Source: a virus (taxonomy: Duplodnaviria; Caudoviricetes). From it: a DNA stretch of 64,000 nt. The DNA lies in IMG/VR virus record IMGVR_UViG_3300007852_000001, positions 546-64,545 of that record. One strand, 5' to 3'. Below are positions 8,287 through 17,630 of the stretch, piece by piece. The position numbers and the translations under genes are program-made. Numbering within the stretch: the stretch's first letter is position 1; every line of letters begins with the position of its first letter. Under the pieces are notes generated by a model. It did not search any database. It was given only the letters and a program-made list of their open reading frames with translations, and had not been told where the DNA came from.

Positions 8287-9129
8287 ATGTCCGATACCGT
8301 CAGTAAGATGCTGGACAACGCACAGGCAGACACGTGGGCGGACGTTCAGGACGACTACGTGTTCGACAGCGACATGGCCAGCCCACTCGACATCACGGCG
8401 CTGTGCCCGCAGACTGTCGAGACCGTCGACGCCGACGAGATAGTCGCGGGACTGGAAGACAACGACCCGATGGACGTGGGTGAGGCGAAAGAGTACCTCA
8501 ACGAGCAGATAGATAGCAGCACCATCTCTTTCGGTGCCGTCATCAAGTCGGTGGAGGACCATCGAGACCTGTACGTCAGTGCGTCTGCGTACGCGGGAGA
8601 TGACCCCGCAGCACACTTTGACACGCCCGACGGCTGGAGGGCGTTCAACGATGACATCGGCGTCGCCTTCGTTCGTGACGACGAGTACATTGTCGAAGAG
8701 GCGGCCGACGACTTCGTAGAAGACAAGTTCGGCGACGACATCATCGTCGCTGCACACAACACGAGCGTCGCTGAGTCTTGCATGAAACAGTTACCCGACT
8801 GCAACCACAGTCAGGTCGACGGCACGCACTACGCGTGGGTGGAAGAGGGCAACGACGCGGCCGAGCGTCTCGAACGTGACCGTGTCACGCAGCCCGCAGA
8901 GGACCGCGGTCTCACGCGGGAGGAACTGGAAGACAACCAGATTCCGCCCACACCCAAGGCCGCCGTCAAGGCCATCGAAGAGAGCGACCACATCGGTGCG
9001 GCCCACGTCACGGACACTGGCCACGAGGATGAACAACCGTACACGGTGAGCGATGGCGAGCATATCCCGTGCGGGTGGGAGCGAGACCCGCGTGCCGACA
9101 TCGAGTCGTACCTGCGCTTCAGCCCGTAG
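8287..9129 (+). CDS. Hypothetical acidic protein
   Basis: 280-aa ORF with promoter and terminator. Confidence 0.85.
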   Translation: MSDTVSKMLDNAQADTWADVQDDYVFDSDMASPLDITALCPQTVETVDADEIVAGLEDNDPMDVGEAKEYLNEQIDSSTISFGAVIKSVEDHRDLYVSASAYAGDDPAAHFDTPDGWRAFNDDIGVAFVRDDEYIVEEAADDFVEDKFGDDIIVAAHNTSVAESCMKQLPDCNHSQVDGTHYAWVEEGNDAAERLERDRVTQPAEDRGLTREELEDNQIPPTPKAAVKAIEESDHIGAAHVTDTGHEDEQPYTVSDGEHIPCGWERDPRADIESYLRFSP

Positions 9130-9203
9130 GCCTGTCAGGCGGTTTTTTATTTGGCGAGCGGTTCGAAACTCTTTTATACCCGTAGGCCATTGGTCAATAC
9201 GTG

Positions 9204-11039
9204 ATGGGAAGCAACATGTTCGGCTCGCTGAACGAGGGCACTGACCCTCTCAGCAGTGCCGAATTCAAAGAACACATCGTTTCAGAGTACGCAGCGGAAG
9301 CTGACGGCGTGGGTATCGACTCCTGCATCGCGGCCGCCGTTGACGAGATATGGCCCGCCCCCGAATATCGGGAGAACCAGAAAGAGGCCGTTATCGGCAT
9401 CCTCAACAGCCTCTACGTCGAGGACAATGCCGTGGTCACGCTGTCGGCACCGACGGGCGCTGGTAAGTCGCTAATTCTCCATGCCGTCATGGCCACTCTG
9501 TCCAACGAATTCGAGAAAGACGCGTTCTTTTCGACGCCGCTGAACGCGCTTATCGACCAAGTGGACAACGACAAATTCATCAGCGACGAGATAGTCACGC
9601 TCAAGGGCAAGAACAACTACTCGTGCGTCCACCGACAGGACCGCGGTGCGCCCGTCGACAAGGCCGTCTGTCAGCGCGTGAGCGACTTCGACTGCGAACA
9701 CAAGGACGTAGCCCACACGAGCGGTGGCTGTGAATACTACGGCCGCAGGCACGTCGCACAGCAGCACCCCGAAGTTGTCACGAACCTGTCGTACCTCATG
9801 GCTAACTCTATGATACCCGCCGAACACGGCCTCGCCGAGCGGGAGTTAGTTGTCGTGGACGAGTGTCAGAAGATTGAGGACTTCGCTCTCGGCTTCGTCG
9901 GCGTGACAGTGAACTGGCGCACCATCCCCGTCGTGTACGACGACATCGTGGCACCGCCCAAGACCGACGACGTGGAGAGGCTGGCCGAGTGGGTGCGCAA
10001 TGAAGTGATGGTAAAGGTCCAGCGAAAACTCGACCGTCTCGAAGGCAGGCCCGAACTAACGGAGAGCGAGACCCAAGACCGCGACGACCTACAGGACTTC
10101 GAGCGCAAAGTGCAGAACTTCCTCGGGGACGTGGAGGACCACTACTGGGTCGCCGAGACCGACAAGGACGACGGCGACTGGTCCGTCGAGTTTAACCCGA
10201 TTTTCGTCGGGCGCTTCCTCGACCGCTTCCTCTGGTCGCAGGGGAACAAGGTCGTCCTGTCCTCGGCAACCATTCCCAAGGGCGGCTTCCTCAAGGAGGT
10301 CGGGCTGGACTCCGAGACTTCGCGTGGCGAAGTCTCTGTGAACGATTCGTCGCGTGGCGCGAATCGAGAAAACCGTCAGGTCGGCGAGGTCGAAGTGTCG
10401 TCGACGTTCCCGCCCGAGCGACGTGGCGTGTACACTGACGAGGCCGTCGGCAAAATGACGATGGGCGAGCGCGACGAAACCATTCCGAAGATGGCCGACA
10501 AAATCGGCGAACTGTCGGAGTACCACAGTGGCAAGCGCGGCTTCATTCACTGCCACTCGTACAAAATCGCTGACCGTCTCTACAACGCCCTGAGCGCCGA
10601 CGTGCGGGAGCGCACAACCATCCAAGACCCTGACGACCGCGAAGGCTCTCTGGACGCGTGGCTGGACGCTGAGGTGTCGCAGAAAGGCTTTCAGGACGAC
10701 CGTGGCGGGCAGATATTCCTGTCCGTTGCGATGGACGAGGGCATTAGTCTGGACGACGACGCAGCGCGCTGGCAAGTCATCGCCAAGTGTGCCTACCCGT
10801 ACCTCGGCGCAAAGCGTGAGTCGTACCGTGTCAACGAACTGAACGACTGGAACTGGTACGCCAACAAGGCATCCATCGCGCTACAGCAGGCCGTCGGACG
10901 TGGCATGCGCAGCAAGGACGACTGGTGTCACTCCTACGTCCTCGACACCTCGGCAAAGATGTTGATTGAGCGAAACGAACATCTGTTCGAGGACTGGTTT
11001 AAAGCGTCGGTGGACATCGAGGCCGACTTCGACAAGTAG
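9204..11039 (+). CDS. DinG/XPD-family SF2 helicase with putative Fe-S cluster
   Basis: APTGAGKS, LKGKNNYSC plus three further Cys, VVDECQ, SSAT, QQAVGRGMR. Confidence 0.9.
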   Translation: MGSNMFGSLNEGTDPLSSAEFKEHIVSEYAAEADGVGIDSCIAAAVDEIWPAPEYRENQKEAVIGILNSLYVEDNAVVTLSAPTGAGKSLILHAVMATLSNEFEKDAFFSTPLNALIDQVDNDKFISDEIVTLKGKNNYSCVHRQDRGAPVDKAVCQRVSDFDCEHKDVAHTSGGCEYYGRRHVAQQHPEVVTNLSYLMANSMIPAEHGLAERELVVVDECQKIEDFALGFVGVTVNWRTIPVVYDDIVAPPKTDDVERLAEWVRNEVMVKVQRKLDRLEGRPELTESETQDRDDLQDFERKVQNFLGDVEDHYWVAETDKDDGDWSVEFNPIFVGRFLDRFLWSQGNKVVLSSATIPKGGFLKEVGLDSETSRGEVSVNDSSRGANRENRQVGEVEVSSTFPPERRGVYTDEAVGKMTMGERDETIPKMADKIGELSEYHSGKRGFIHCHSYKIADRLYNALSADVRERTTIQDPDDREGSLDAWLDAEVSQKGFQDDRGGQIFLSVAMDEGISLDDDAARWQVIAKCAYPYLGAKRESYRVNELNDWNWYANKASIALQQAVGRGMRSKDDWCHSYVLDTSAKMLIERNEHLFEDWFKASVDIEADFDK

Positions 11040-11151
11040 GGCCAGTGGGGTCCTAATTAGAATTTCTGACTTTTTTTATTTGGCAGTTGATTATTACCAA
11101 CTGTTATGGCGAAAGTCTTTTATACCCGTAGCCCCACTCGTTAAACACACG

Positions 11152-11502
11152 ATGGGAGACGGAGACAAAATCATAGACGAACTGGCAGCGAGGCAGAACA
11201 ACTACCTTATCGTGCGGCCCGCCAGTAGGCTGCACAGCGGCTACGAGGCCGTGAACGTGTGGAACAGCGACGTGAAGCGCAGCGGTGAGAAGGAGGCCGT
11301 GACGTGGTGGGAGCGTGACCACATCACGCACAGCAGCCACTTCGATTACGTCCTCGAAGTTCATGACGCCGAGTCCAACAATGGCGGCCCTGAACTGTAC
11401 GACTGGACCTGTCCCGAGTGCGGTGAAGGCCACCAGTCCGCTGACGACACGCCGCCGAAAGAGTGCGTGGAGTGCCATGCGTGGCTCGCCCGCGACGAAT
11501 AA
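11152..11502 (+). CDS. Protein with C-terminal zinc ribbon
   Basis: CPECG...CVEC; own promoter. Confidence 0.75.
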   Translation: MGDGDKIIDELAARQNNYLIVRPASRLHSGYEAVNVWNSDVKRSGEKEAVTWWERDHITHSSHFDYVLEVHDAESNNGGPELYDWTCPECGEGHQSADDTPPKECVECHAWLARDE

Positions 11503-11540
11503 CAAGCCTTAAATACCCGTACACCCACTACCTAAACACG

Positions 11541-11837
11541 ATGTCAGAAGAAAAAAAGATGATGGACGCACCGAAGAACCGACTCCTGTACGACGAGGCC
11601 TACCTTGACGACGTGCGAGAGCGCCTGACCGAGAAGGGCGTGCCGCCGAAGGCCACGGAGATTAAGCACGCCGTGAAGACCACGGCCACCATCTACGAGA
11701 TTCGGACCGCGCTGACGTTCTGGTTCGGCGGCCGCATGTCTCATAGGGAGTCCGACCGCATCTGGTCGAACTGTGACGCGTTCAAGCAGGGCGAGTGGGC
11801 GCTGAACAGCAACGACAACATCGTCTACAACGACTAA
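11541..11837 (+). CDS. Hypothetical protein
   Basis: Promoter TTAAATACCCGTA upstream. Confidence 0.75.
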   Translation: MSEEKKMMDAPKNRLLYDEAYLDDVRERLTEKGVPPKATEIKHAVKTTATIYEIRTALTFWFGGRMSHRESDRIWSNCDAFKQGEWALNSNDNIVYND

Positions 11838-11838
11838 C

Positions 11839-12120
11839 ATGAGTGACAGAAAACTGGACTTCTACCATGATGAAGTCCATCTGCACCCCGCAGCACACCC
11901 GCAGTCGCGTAGTAGTCGCGTCTACCGTGTCAACACCAACGAGATGGCTGGTGCACCCACGCTGTCGCACAGCGTCAATGAGATGATGTCTGCGGCCAAA
12001 GGCCGACACGCTCGCGTCATGGGGGTTGGCCGTAGCGAACTGACGGCGCGGAAGATAGATGAAGGCACGAACGACGATGGTGGGTACATCGAAGTAGTTG
12101 TCGTGGAGGATACATGTTAA
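11839..12120 (+). CDS. Hypothetical protein
   Basis: Coupled ORF. Confidence 0.7.
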   Translation: MSDRKLDFYHDEVHLHPAAHPQSRSSRVYRVNTNEMAGAPTLSHSVNEMMSAAKGRHARVMGVGRSELTARKIDEGTNDDGGYIEVVVVEDTC

Positions 12121-12626
12121 ACGTTCCACTCGGCCACGTGAAGACGCTGGAGTACCGTGACATACAGCCAAAGATGGCAGCAGACACGAGCGCGTTCGTC
12201 GTCCATTTCCAAGCCCCAGACGGGGAGATGTACGAGCATCCGCTGTCGAACCCGCAGTGGATGGTCGGCAACCCCGCGCTGCAACTGATGGCGCTGAACG
12301 GCTTCAAGCCCTCGGACATCGACGGTACGAAGATGGACGTTACCGACTGGCAGTGGATGCTCCCACTGGCACCCGACGGCGACGGCGGCTATGGGCTGGT
12401 CGAGAACGTCCTTGAGGGCGGCGCAGAGGCGCTTCGTTCCGCAGCATGGTTCGATGCCGACGACAGCACAAAAACCGCGTCAGGCGGCGCACAGGCGCAC
12501 TCAGGCGGTGGTGGTCCCGACCCGTCGACGGGCAACCGCGGTGGTGTCGAGTACGAGGGCGACGACGATATCACGGCCGAACTAACGCCCGACGCTAACA
12601 CGGGCGTGAACGTGACGGTCGAGTAA
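12114..12626 (+). CDS. Hypothetical protein
   Basis: Acidic coupled ORF. Confidence 0.75.
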   Translation: MLNVPLGHVKTLEYRDIQPKMAADTSAFVVHFQAPDGEMYEHPLSNPQWMVGNPALQLMALNGFKPSDIDGTKMDVTDWQWMLPLAPDGDGGYGLVENVLEGGAEALRSAAWFDADDSTKTASGGAQAHSGGGGPDPSTGNRGGVEYEGDDDITAELTPDANTGVNVTVE

Positions 12627-12696
12627 CGTAGCCGACTTTTTTATTTAGCAGTCTTCGAAACTCTTTTACGTGGGTAGCCCCTTTACTACTGTAGAG

Positions 12697-12813
12697 ATGG
12701 TTGATACAACGATGGACGACCTGTACGGCGACGGAAGTGACCACGCGGCCTGCGAGGGCTGTGGTGGCTGTCTCGACTGCGACGACTGTACCTGCGGTGA
12801 CTCGACGCTGTAG
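12697..12813 (+). CDS. Cys-rich microprotein, 38 aa with 6 Cys
   Basis: MVDTTMDDLYGDGSDHAACEGCGGCLDCDDCTCGDSTL with own promoter. Confidence 0.7.
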   Translation: MVDTTMDDLYGDGSDHAACEGCGGCLDCDDCTCGDSTL

Positions 12814-12898
12814 AAACGAAACTCTGTAGCCTTGCCACTCGTGCGCACGGCTACGAGTCGCAAGACTTTTACGTAGGCATCCCCTCTGTCTAATTGGA

Positions 12899-13090
12899 AT
12901 GCCCTACATTGTTGTTTCAACGGAAGAGCCGCACGTCCTTCCCGACACCGAACACTACGAACTTGACGATAACCGCCTTCACACGTTCGACGGCGACGGT
13001 GAAGAGACGGCGCTGTTCAACTTTGACAACGTGGCCACGGTGCAGTCGGTCACGGACGAAGAACTGGACGAACTGATGGAGATGTTCTAA
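12899..13090 (+). CDS. Hypothetical acidic microprotein
   Basis: Own promoter. Confidence 0.75.
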   Translation: MPYIVVSTEEPHVLPDTEHYELDDNRLHTFDGDGEETALFNFDNVATVQSVTDEELDELMEMF

Positions 13091-13091
13091 C

Positions 13092-13265
13092 ATGATCAAG
13101 GACAAAGACGCTTCGGCCGATGGCCAGCCATCGGACATCGCTGAGGGCGATAGTCCGAAAGACTACGACGAGGTATACGTCATCGAGTCGCATAGTGCCG
13201 CGGCCGTGGGCGGCACGCCCGATGACGACGAAGACGACGAGTATTACGAGAACAACAGGCCCTAA
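13092..13265 (+). CDS. Acidic microprotein
   Basis: Manual translation MIKDKDASADGQPSD... Confidence 0.55.
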   Translation: MIKDKDASADGQPSDIAEGDSPKDYDEVYVIESHSAAAVGGTPDDDEDDEYYENNRP

Positions 13266-13340
13266 TTAGAATTCTGGCGATTTTTTTGACACGTACGAAA
13301 CACAAGCCTTATACAAGTAGACCCCCTCAACACTAATACA

Positions 13341-13844
13341 GTGAATTACCAGAGCATTTACGACGACGGTCAGTTCGAAGACATTATCAGTTCCAACGGC
13401 TCCGCCCCCACGTGGCTGGACCGTAACGGCGTTGCCGAGCGTGTCCTTCAGTACGTACGGGCACGAGCAGAGTCCCGTGGTGAAGACAGCGCCCTCGACG
13501 GTGGTGAGGTCGACTGTATCATCACGACGAACTGGTCTTCGTTCACGGAGGACTGGGGTTTCAGCGGCGGGAACGCCAACCAAGTAGCCATCGGCACGTT
13601 GAACGAAGAGGCCAGTGCGGGCAAGCAGGCGACGCTGTTCACGGACGTGGCCGTCCTTCAGACGGACTGGCTGCGCAGTGGCGACGGTCGCAAGACGCAG
13701 GCCGAGGCCTACATTGACGAGGGGTACGACGGCGCTGACGAGGGCGACATGTGGATACCGAACGCCGCACAGGAGTACATCTGCATCAAGGAACTGTCCA
13801 GCGAGTTACTGCACGGGCAGCCCGAACTGACGGATGCGATGTAA
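13341..13844 (+). CDS. Hypothetical protein
   Basis: GTG start after promoter; acidic. Confidence 0.8.
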   Translation: MNYQSIYDDGQFEDIISSNGSAPTWLDRNGVAERVLQYVRARAESRGEDSALDGGEVDCIITTNWSSFTEDWGFSGGNANQVAIGTLNEEASAGKQATLFTDVAVLQTDWLRSGDGRKTQAEAYIDEGYDGADEGDMWIPNAAQEYICIKELSSELLHGQPELTDAM

Positions 13845-13846
13845 CA

Positions 13847-14017
13847 ATGTCGGAAGCATTCAAGTGTGACCGCTGCGGTGACCTGTACAAAGGAAAGCCA
13901 AAGCAGGTGTTTAATTCGCAACTCTCGTCGGGGACAAAATACTCCATTGGAGGGATGGGGGCGTGCAAGAACTGTACGAGCAAAATTGTTCATGTAATGG
14001 GGGGTGCGGGTGTATGA
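13847..14017 (+). CDS. Zinc-finger microprotein
   Basis: CDRCG...CKNC. Confidence 0.7.
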   Translation: MSEAFKCDRCGDLYKGKPKQVFNSQLSSGTKYSIGGMGACKNCTSKIVHVMGGAGV

Positions 14018-14187
14018 ACACCCTCCGACAACTTACACGGAACGTGGTAGTGGGCGGCCTCGTGGGCGCGGTGGCGGGCACGCAGTTCGCTGTCGGTCCC
14101 GCCTTCACGGCCGCTGTGGGGGTCATGGTCGCACTAATGTTCACGACAAACTACAGGCGTCAAGCCGTCCACGGCCCACATCAGTGA
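14014..14187 (+). CDS. Small membrane protein (about 2 TM segments)
   Basis: Hydrophobic VVVGGLVGAVAG and AFTAAVGVMVALMF segments. Confidence 0.65.
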   Translation: MNTLRQLTRNVVVGGLVGAVAGTQFAVGPAFTAAVGVMVALMFTTNYRRQAVHGPHQ

Positions 14188-14265
14188 GTTAACTTTTTTT
14201 GACGGTCGATTATTACTGATATGAATATCGAAAGCCTTATACGTGAGTATCCCCTACGTATAGGT

Positions 14266-14325
14266 ACGAAGCGCCCCTCGGCTTGACTCGAACCAAAGAC
14301 GCGTTCGAGTCGGGCAGTGGAAAAG
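14266..14325 (+). ncRNA. Candidate promoter-driven small hairpin RNA
   Basis: BRE/TATA at 14229-14241 with no ORF downstream; 13-bp stem GCTTGACTCGAAC/GTTCGAGTCGGGC (14281-14315). Confidence 0.45.
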
Positions 14326-14377
14326 GCAGAACCAGAACCCTTATACGGGTCGGGGCCTTCGTTACTAACGCGAAACA

Positions 14378-15742
14378 ATGTCCCAAGCAGAATCCGAGTC
14401 CGCTGACGCGGACGCCGACGCTGACGCAGAGAACGACGAATTCACCTACTACCCGCAGGTCACGCAGCACCCGACCACGGTCATCGAGGGCGACATCGTG
14501 GACCTCGTGACGGGCGCTGACATCGATGATGGTGTCGAGCAGACTGGTGCCTCGTTCGGTGTCGTCTACGAGGATGCCGAGGTCGTTGGCGACGGCACCG
14601 TCTGGCGGAACCGCAACATTCCCGACGGCTTCGAAACCACGTCCGAGTACAACGACACCATCCGCATGGCGCAGGCGGGCGACAACACCAACTACGTGCG
14701 TGGCCGAGAGGTCACGGACGAGGCCATCGAGGCCGCACAGGACCGTCTGGACGAGGCTGGCGTCGACTACGACGACAGCGACTACGACGAGATTAAGGTC
14801 AGCGGCACCGACTACAAGGTCTCTGACCCGTCCGACACCGAGTCCGAGGTGGACGAGGTAACCTTCGACGGCGAGACGAAGGTCACGGGCATCGACGTGG
14901 GTGGTGGCACGTTCAAGTCCGAGCAGGTCGACGGCTTCGAGAGCGACCGTATCATGGTGTGGTACGGTGGCATGAGCGGCCAGTTCGTTGGCCGTGGACT
15001 CGACTTCAACGGCATGCCCTTCGCCCGCTACACGGAGGACGGCTACCTCATCAAGGGTCTGTTCCAAGTCGCCATTGGATGGCGCGGCGACGCGGACGTG
15101 GAGGCGTACGACAACGTGCCCTCGACCAACCGCAAGGAACTGGCGACCGACCTCGGCCGCAAGCCGCGTGTCGCCCGCCCGCCCGTCCTGCGTGACGACA
15201 TCGACGGCCGTGCCTTCATCGGCATCGGTCGCTACAACGGCGGTCAGATGCACGAGGTGCATATCGGCCGTGCCAAGTCCGACTACAGCGAGATTCTCGC
15301 TGACATGCGGGCCAACGACCAGCCCGACTACGACGGCCTCGACATGGTGTACAACCAAGATGCCGAGGAAGTCCTGTCGGCTGAGTTCGATGATGCGTCG
15401 AACATCTACGCGCTCTACCACGGCGAGGGCTGGCAGAGCAAGCCCGACAACGCGCAGAACGTCATGGACGAAGGCGGCGACACGGACGACGGCTCGTTCG
15501 ACGTGGAGATGGACGACGAAGGTGTCGACCACCCCACGGCCAAGGAGACCACGTTCGCCAAGACCGTGGCCGAGAAACTCGCTGGCACGGGCGCAACGCC
15601 CGACGAGGCGTTCGAGTCGAAGGGGGGTCTCGACGGTCTCGTGGAGGCCAACGCCGACAACTTCGGTGACGACTACGACACCGAGGCCATCCGTGCCGAG
15701 GTGTACAAGCACACCGAGCATCTGGACGAGTCGGACGCGTAG
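14378..15742 (+). CDS. Highly acidic 454-aa protein, possibly ssDNA-binding or replication related
   Basis: Strong GC3 codon bias suggesting high expression; function not recognised. Confidence 0.85.
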   Translation: MSQAESESADADADADAENDEFTYYPQVTQHPTTVIEGDIVDLVTGADIDDGVEQTGASFGVVYEDAEVVGDGTVWRNRNIPDGFETTSEYNDTIRMAQAGDNTNYVRGREVTDEAIEAAQDRLDEAGVDYDDSDYDEIKVSGTDYKVSDPSDTESEVDEVTFDGETKVTGIDVGGGTFKSEQVDGFESDRIMVWYGGMSGQFVGRGLDFNGMPFARYTEDGYLIKGLFQVAIGWRGDADVEAYDNVPSTNRKELATDLGRKPRVARPPVLRDDIDGRAFIGIGRYNGGQMHEVHIGRAKSDYSEILADMRANDQPDYDGLDMVYNQDAEEVLSAEFDDASNIYALYHGEGWQSKPDNAQNVMDEGGDTDDGSFDVEMDDEGVDHPTAKETTFAKTVAEKLAGTGATPDEAFESKGGLDGLVEANADNFGDDYDTEAIRAEVYKHTEHLDESDA

Positions 15743-15845
15743 AGTAGCGTAGGCCCACTTTTTTTTCGGCAGTCTATTATTACTGCACGTTATACAAGTA
15801 AGAAACGAAAGCCTTATACCAATAGGTCTCCAAGCATAGGTTGTA

Positions 15846-16376
15846 ATGAGACACCGAGGCCAAACCATCAGCGGTCGACGCAAGAACACACCAAACCCAC
15901 CCATCAACCCGCCCGAGCGGTCGGCAGCGGCGGGCGAGCATCGCCTTGGCGAGCCTGTCTTTGACCACGACGGGCCGTCCGTGCGGCAGGAAGAGGAAGC
16001 GGACAGTCCCATCATGCACGTGGTCATCGAGTACACTGGTTGCCGTAGAGACGGCTGTGACGCCGCTGACAGGGTTAATCACCTGTACACGATGGATGGC
16101 ATGTCCGACGACTTGAAACGCTGTGTGCGGCGTGCAGCGGAGTTTGAGGCCATGTTCGACAGCGCCGACATGCAGCAGTTCAGCCGTGAAGACCTAATGG
16201 CCGAGTACGTGGCCGACAACGCGGAACTGGCCGACTACGACGAGGTGCCGATACTGACAGTGCGGTTCGGCGAGGATACGTACGGCTACTGGTATCCGAC
16301 CACGCAGGACGTTCGTGAAGAGGCCAGTGGCTCGTGTTACGGCCGCGTGGACGAGGCCACGAGGCTCGGTATCTGA
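15846..16376 (+). CDS. Hypothetical protein
   Basis: Own promoter. Confidence 0.75.
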   Translation: MRHRGQTISGRRKNTPNPPINPPERSAAAGEHRLGEPVFDHDGPSVRQEEEADSPIMHVVIEYTGCRRDGCDAADRVNHLYTMDGMSDDLKRCVRRAAEFEAMFDSADMQQFSREDLMAEYVADNAELADYDEVPILTVRFGEDTYGYWYPTTQDVREEASGSCYGRVDEATRLGI

Positions 16377-16561
16377 TGGCACAGACACCGCCTGAACGCT
16401 ACTCCCCAACGCCAAAAGACGAGCGCGAACCGTTTCAAACGTACTCGTTGATACCGCGCTGCCCGTGGTGTAAGACAGACCTCGGCCTACGTGACCGCGT
16501 ATCGTGGATTCGAGAATGTCCCGAGTGTCCATATATGTGGCTACCTCCCCGACACGAGTGA
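16376..16561 (+). CDS. Zinc-finger microprotein
   Basis: CPWC...CPEC; TGATG coupling. Confidence 0.7.
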   Translation: MAQTPPERYSPTPKDEREPFQTYSLIPRCPWCKTDLGLRDRVSWIRECPECPYMWLPPRHE

Positions 16562-16604
16562 TTCGAAAGCCTTTTACGTGGGTATCTCCTCTACTGTAAT
16601 AGAG

Positions 16605-17306
16605 ATGGAGACCACACCAGTGCGCGAACTTGAAGACCAGAAGCACCTCGTTGAACATGCCGAGGCCGAGCGAGACGTGTTCATCCTCATTGGACCGTAC
16701 GGGTCGGGAAAGTCAACCGTTGCCGACATGATAGCCGAAGAACACGACGAGCGAGTCTCGACGTTCGAGATGTCGGACTTCGTGCGAACCAAGTTCAGTG
16801 AGATGTTCGACGGCGCTGGCTGTGACGACAACGAACTTGGCGAGTGGGCGGCCAATGAAAAAGCCGTGAAGGGGCAGGACTACTTCGCCCGTGAGATGGC
16901 GAAGACTATCAAGGCCCCGCACACGCCACACGTGGCCATCAGTGGCGTCCGCTCGCCCGAAGAGGCCGTAGCCATCCGTGACGTGTTCGACGCCGCTCAC
17001 GTGTCCACTATCGCCGTGTGGACGCTTCCTGACCTGCGCTTCAGCCGCAAGTACGGCTCGGACAAGATGTCCGACCCCGAGACGGTCGAAGAGTTTCAGG
17101 AGCGCAACGAACGAGAACTGTGGGAGTGGGGCGCAGTCGAGTTTTACGCCCGCGACTCCTGCCACGGGGCAGACTACATCCTGCCGAACCACGACAGCCT
17201 GAACGACCTGCGGAACAACGTCGACCGCCTCCTCAACGGCGTCGGTCAGTTCGACGTAAACCCGTTCCCGCACGACGACTTCGAGCGTGTGGCACAGTAT
17301 TTGTAA
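16605..17306 (+). CDS. P-loop nucleoside monophosphate kinase (adenylate/dephospho-CoA kinase-like)
   Basis: IGPYGSGKST, MSDFVR, ISGVRSPEE, ADYILPN. Confidence 0.8.
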   Translation: METTPVRELEDQKHLVEHAEAERDVFILIGPYGSGKSTVADMIAEEHDERVSTFEMSDFVRTKFSEMFDGAGCDDNELGEWAANEKAVKGQDYFAREMAKTIKAPHTPHVAISGVRSPEEAVAIRDVFDAAHVSTIAVWTLPDLRFSRKYGSDKMSDPETVEEFQERNERELWEWGAVEFYARDSCHGADYILPNHDSLNDLRNNVDRLLNGVGQFDVNPFPHDDFERVAQYL

Positions 17307-17560
17307 TGCGACGACGAGAGGCGATTGTGGCGACGCTGACGGCAGTTGCATCGGCGGGCTGTGTAGAAGATACGGATACGGAGACACAAACAATGGTAGA
17401 CAAACTTAACTTAACCGACGTTGCAGTGAGCGAAAAAGAATTCGACAATCAGGACATGATGCGGGCCGTGGACGAGGAAGCGGGGTTGGTGTATATCGTG
17501 TCAGACGGTTATAATAGCGTCTCGTTGGAGGTGGTGCCACTCGGTGACACGACCCTCTAA
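17306..17560 (+). CDS. Tat-exported lipoprotein
   Basis: MRRREAIVATLTAVASAGC: twin arginine, hydrophobic stretch and lipobox. Confidence 0.7.
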   Translation: MRRREAIVATLTAVASAGCVEDTDTETQTMVDKLNLTDVAVSEKEFDNQDMMRAVDEEAGLVYIVSDGYNSVSLEVVPLGDTTL

Positions 17561-17630
17561 TTAGAATTCTGGCCCGAGAAGAATAGAGCAAAAGAGTTAA
17601 ATACCCGTACCCCCTATTACTGAACACACG

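Noticed and set aside
14237-16036. 599-aa minus-strand ORF, and similar long antisense ORFs at 17406-19019, 48615-50234 and 4827-5864
   Set aside because: Shadow frames of GC3-biased genes on the opposite strand; composition is not halophilic
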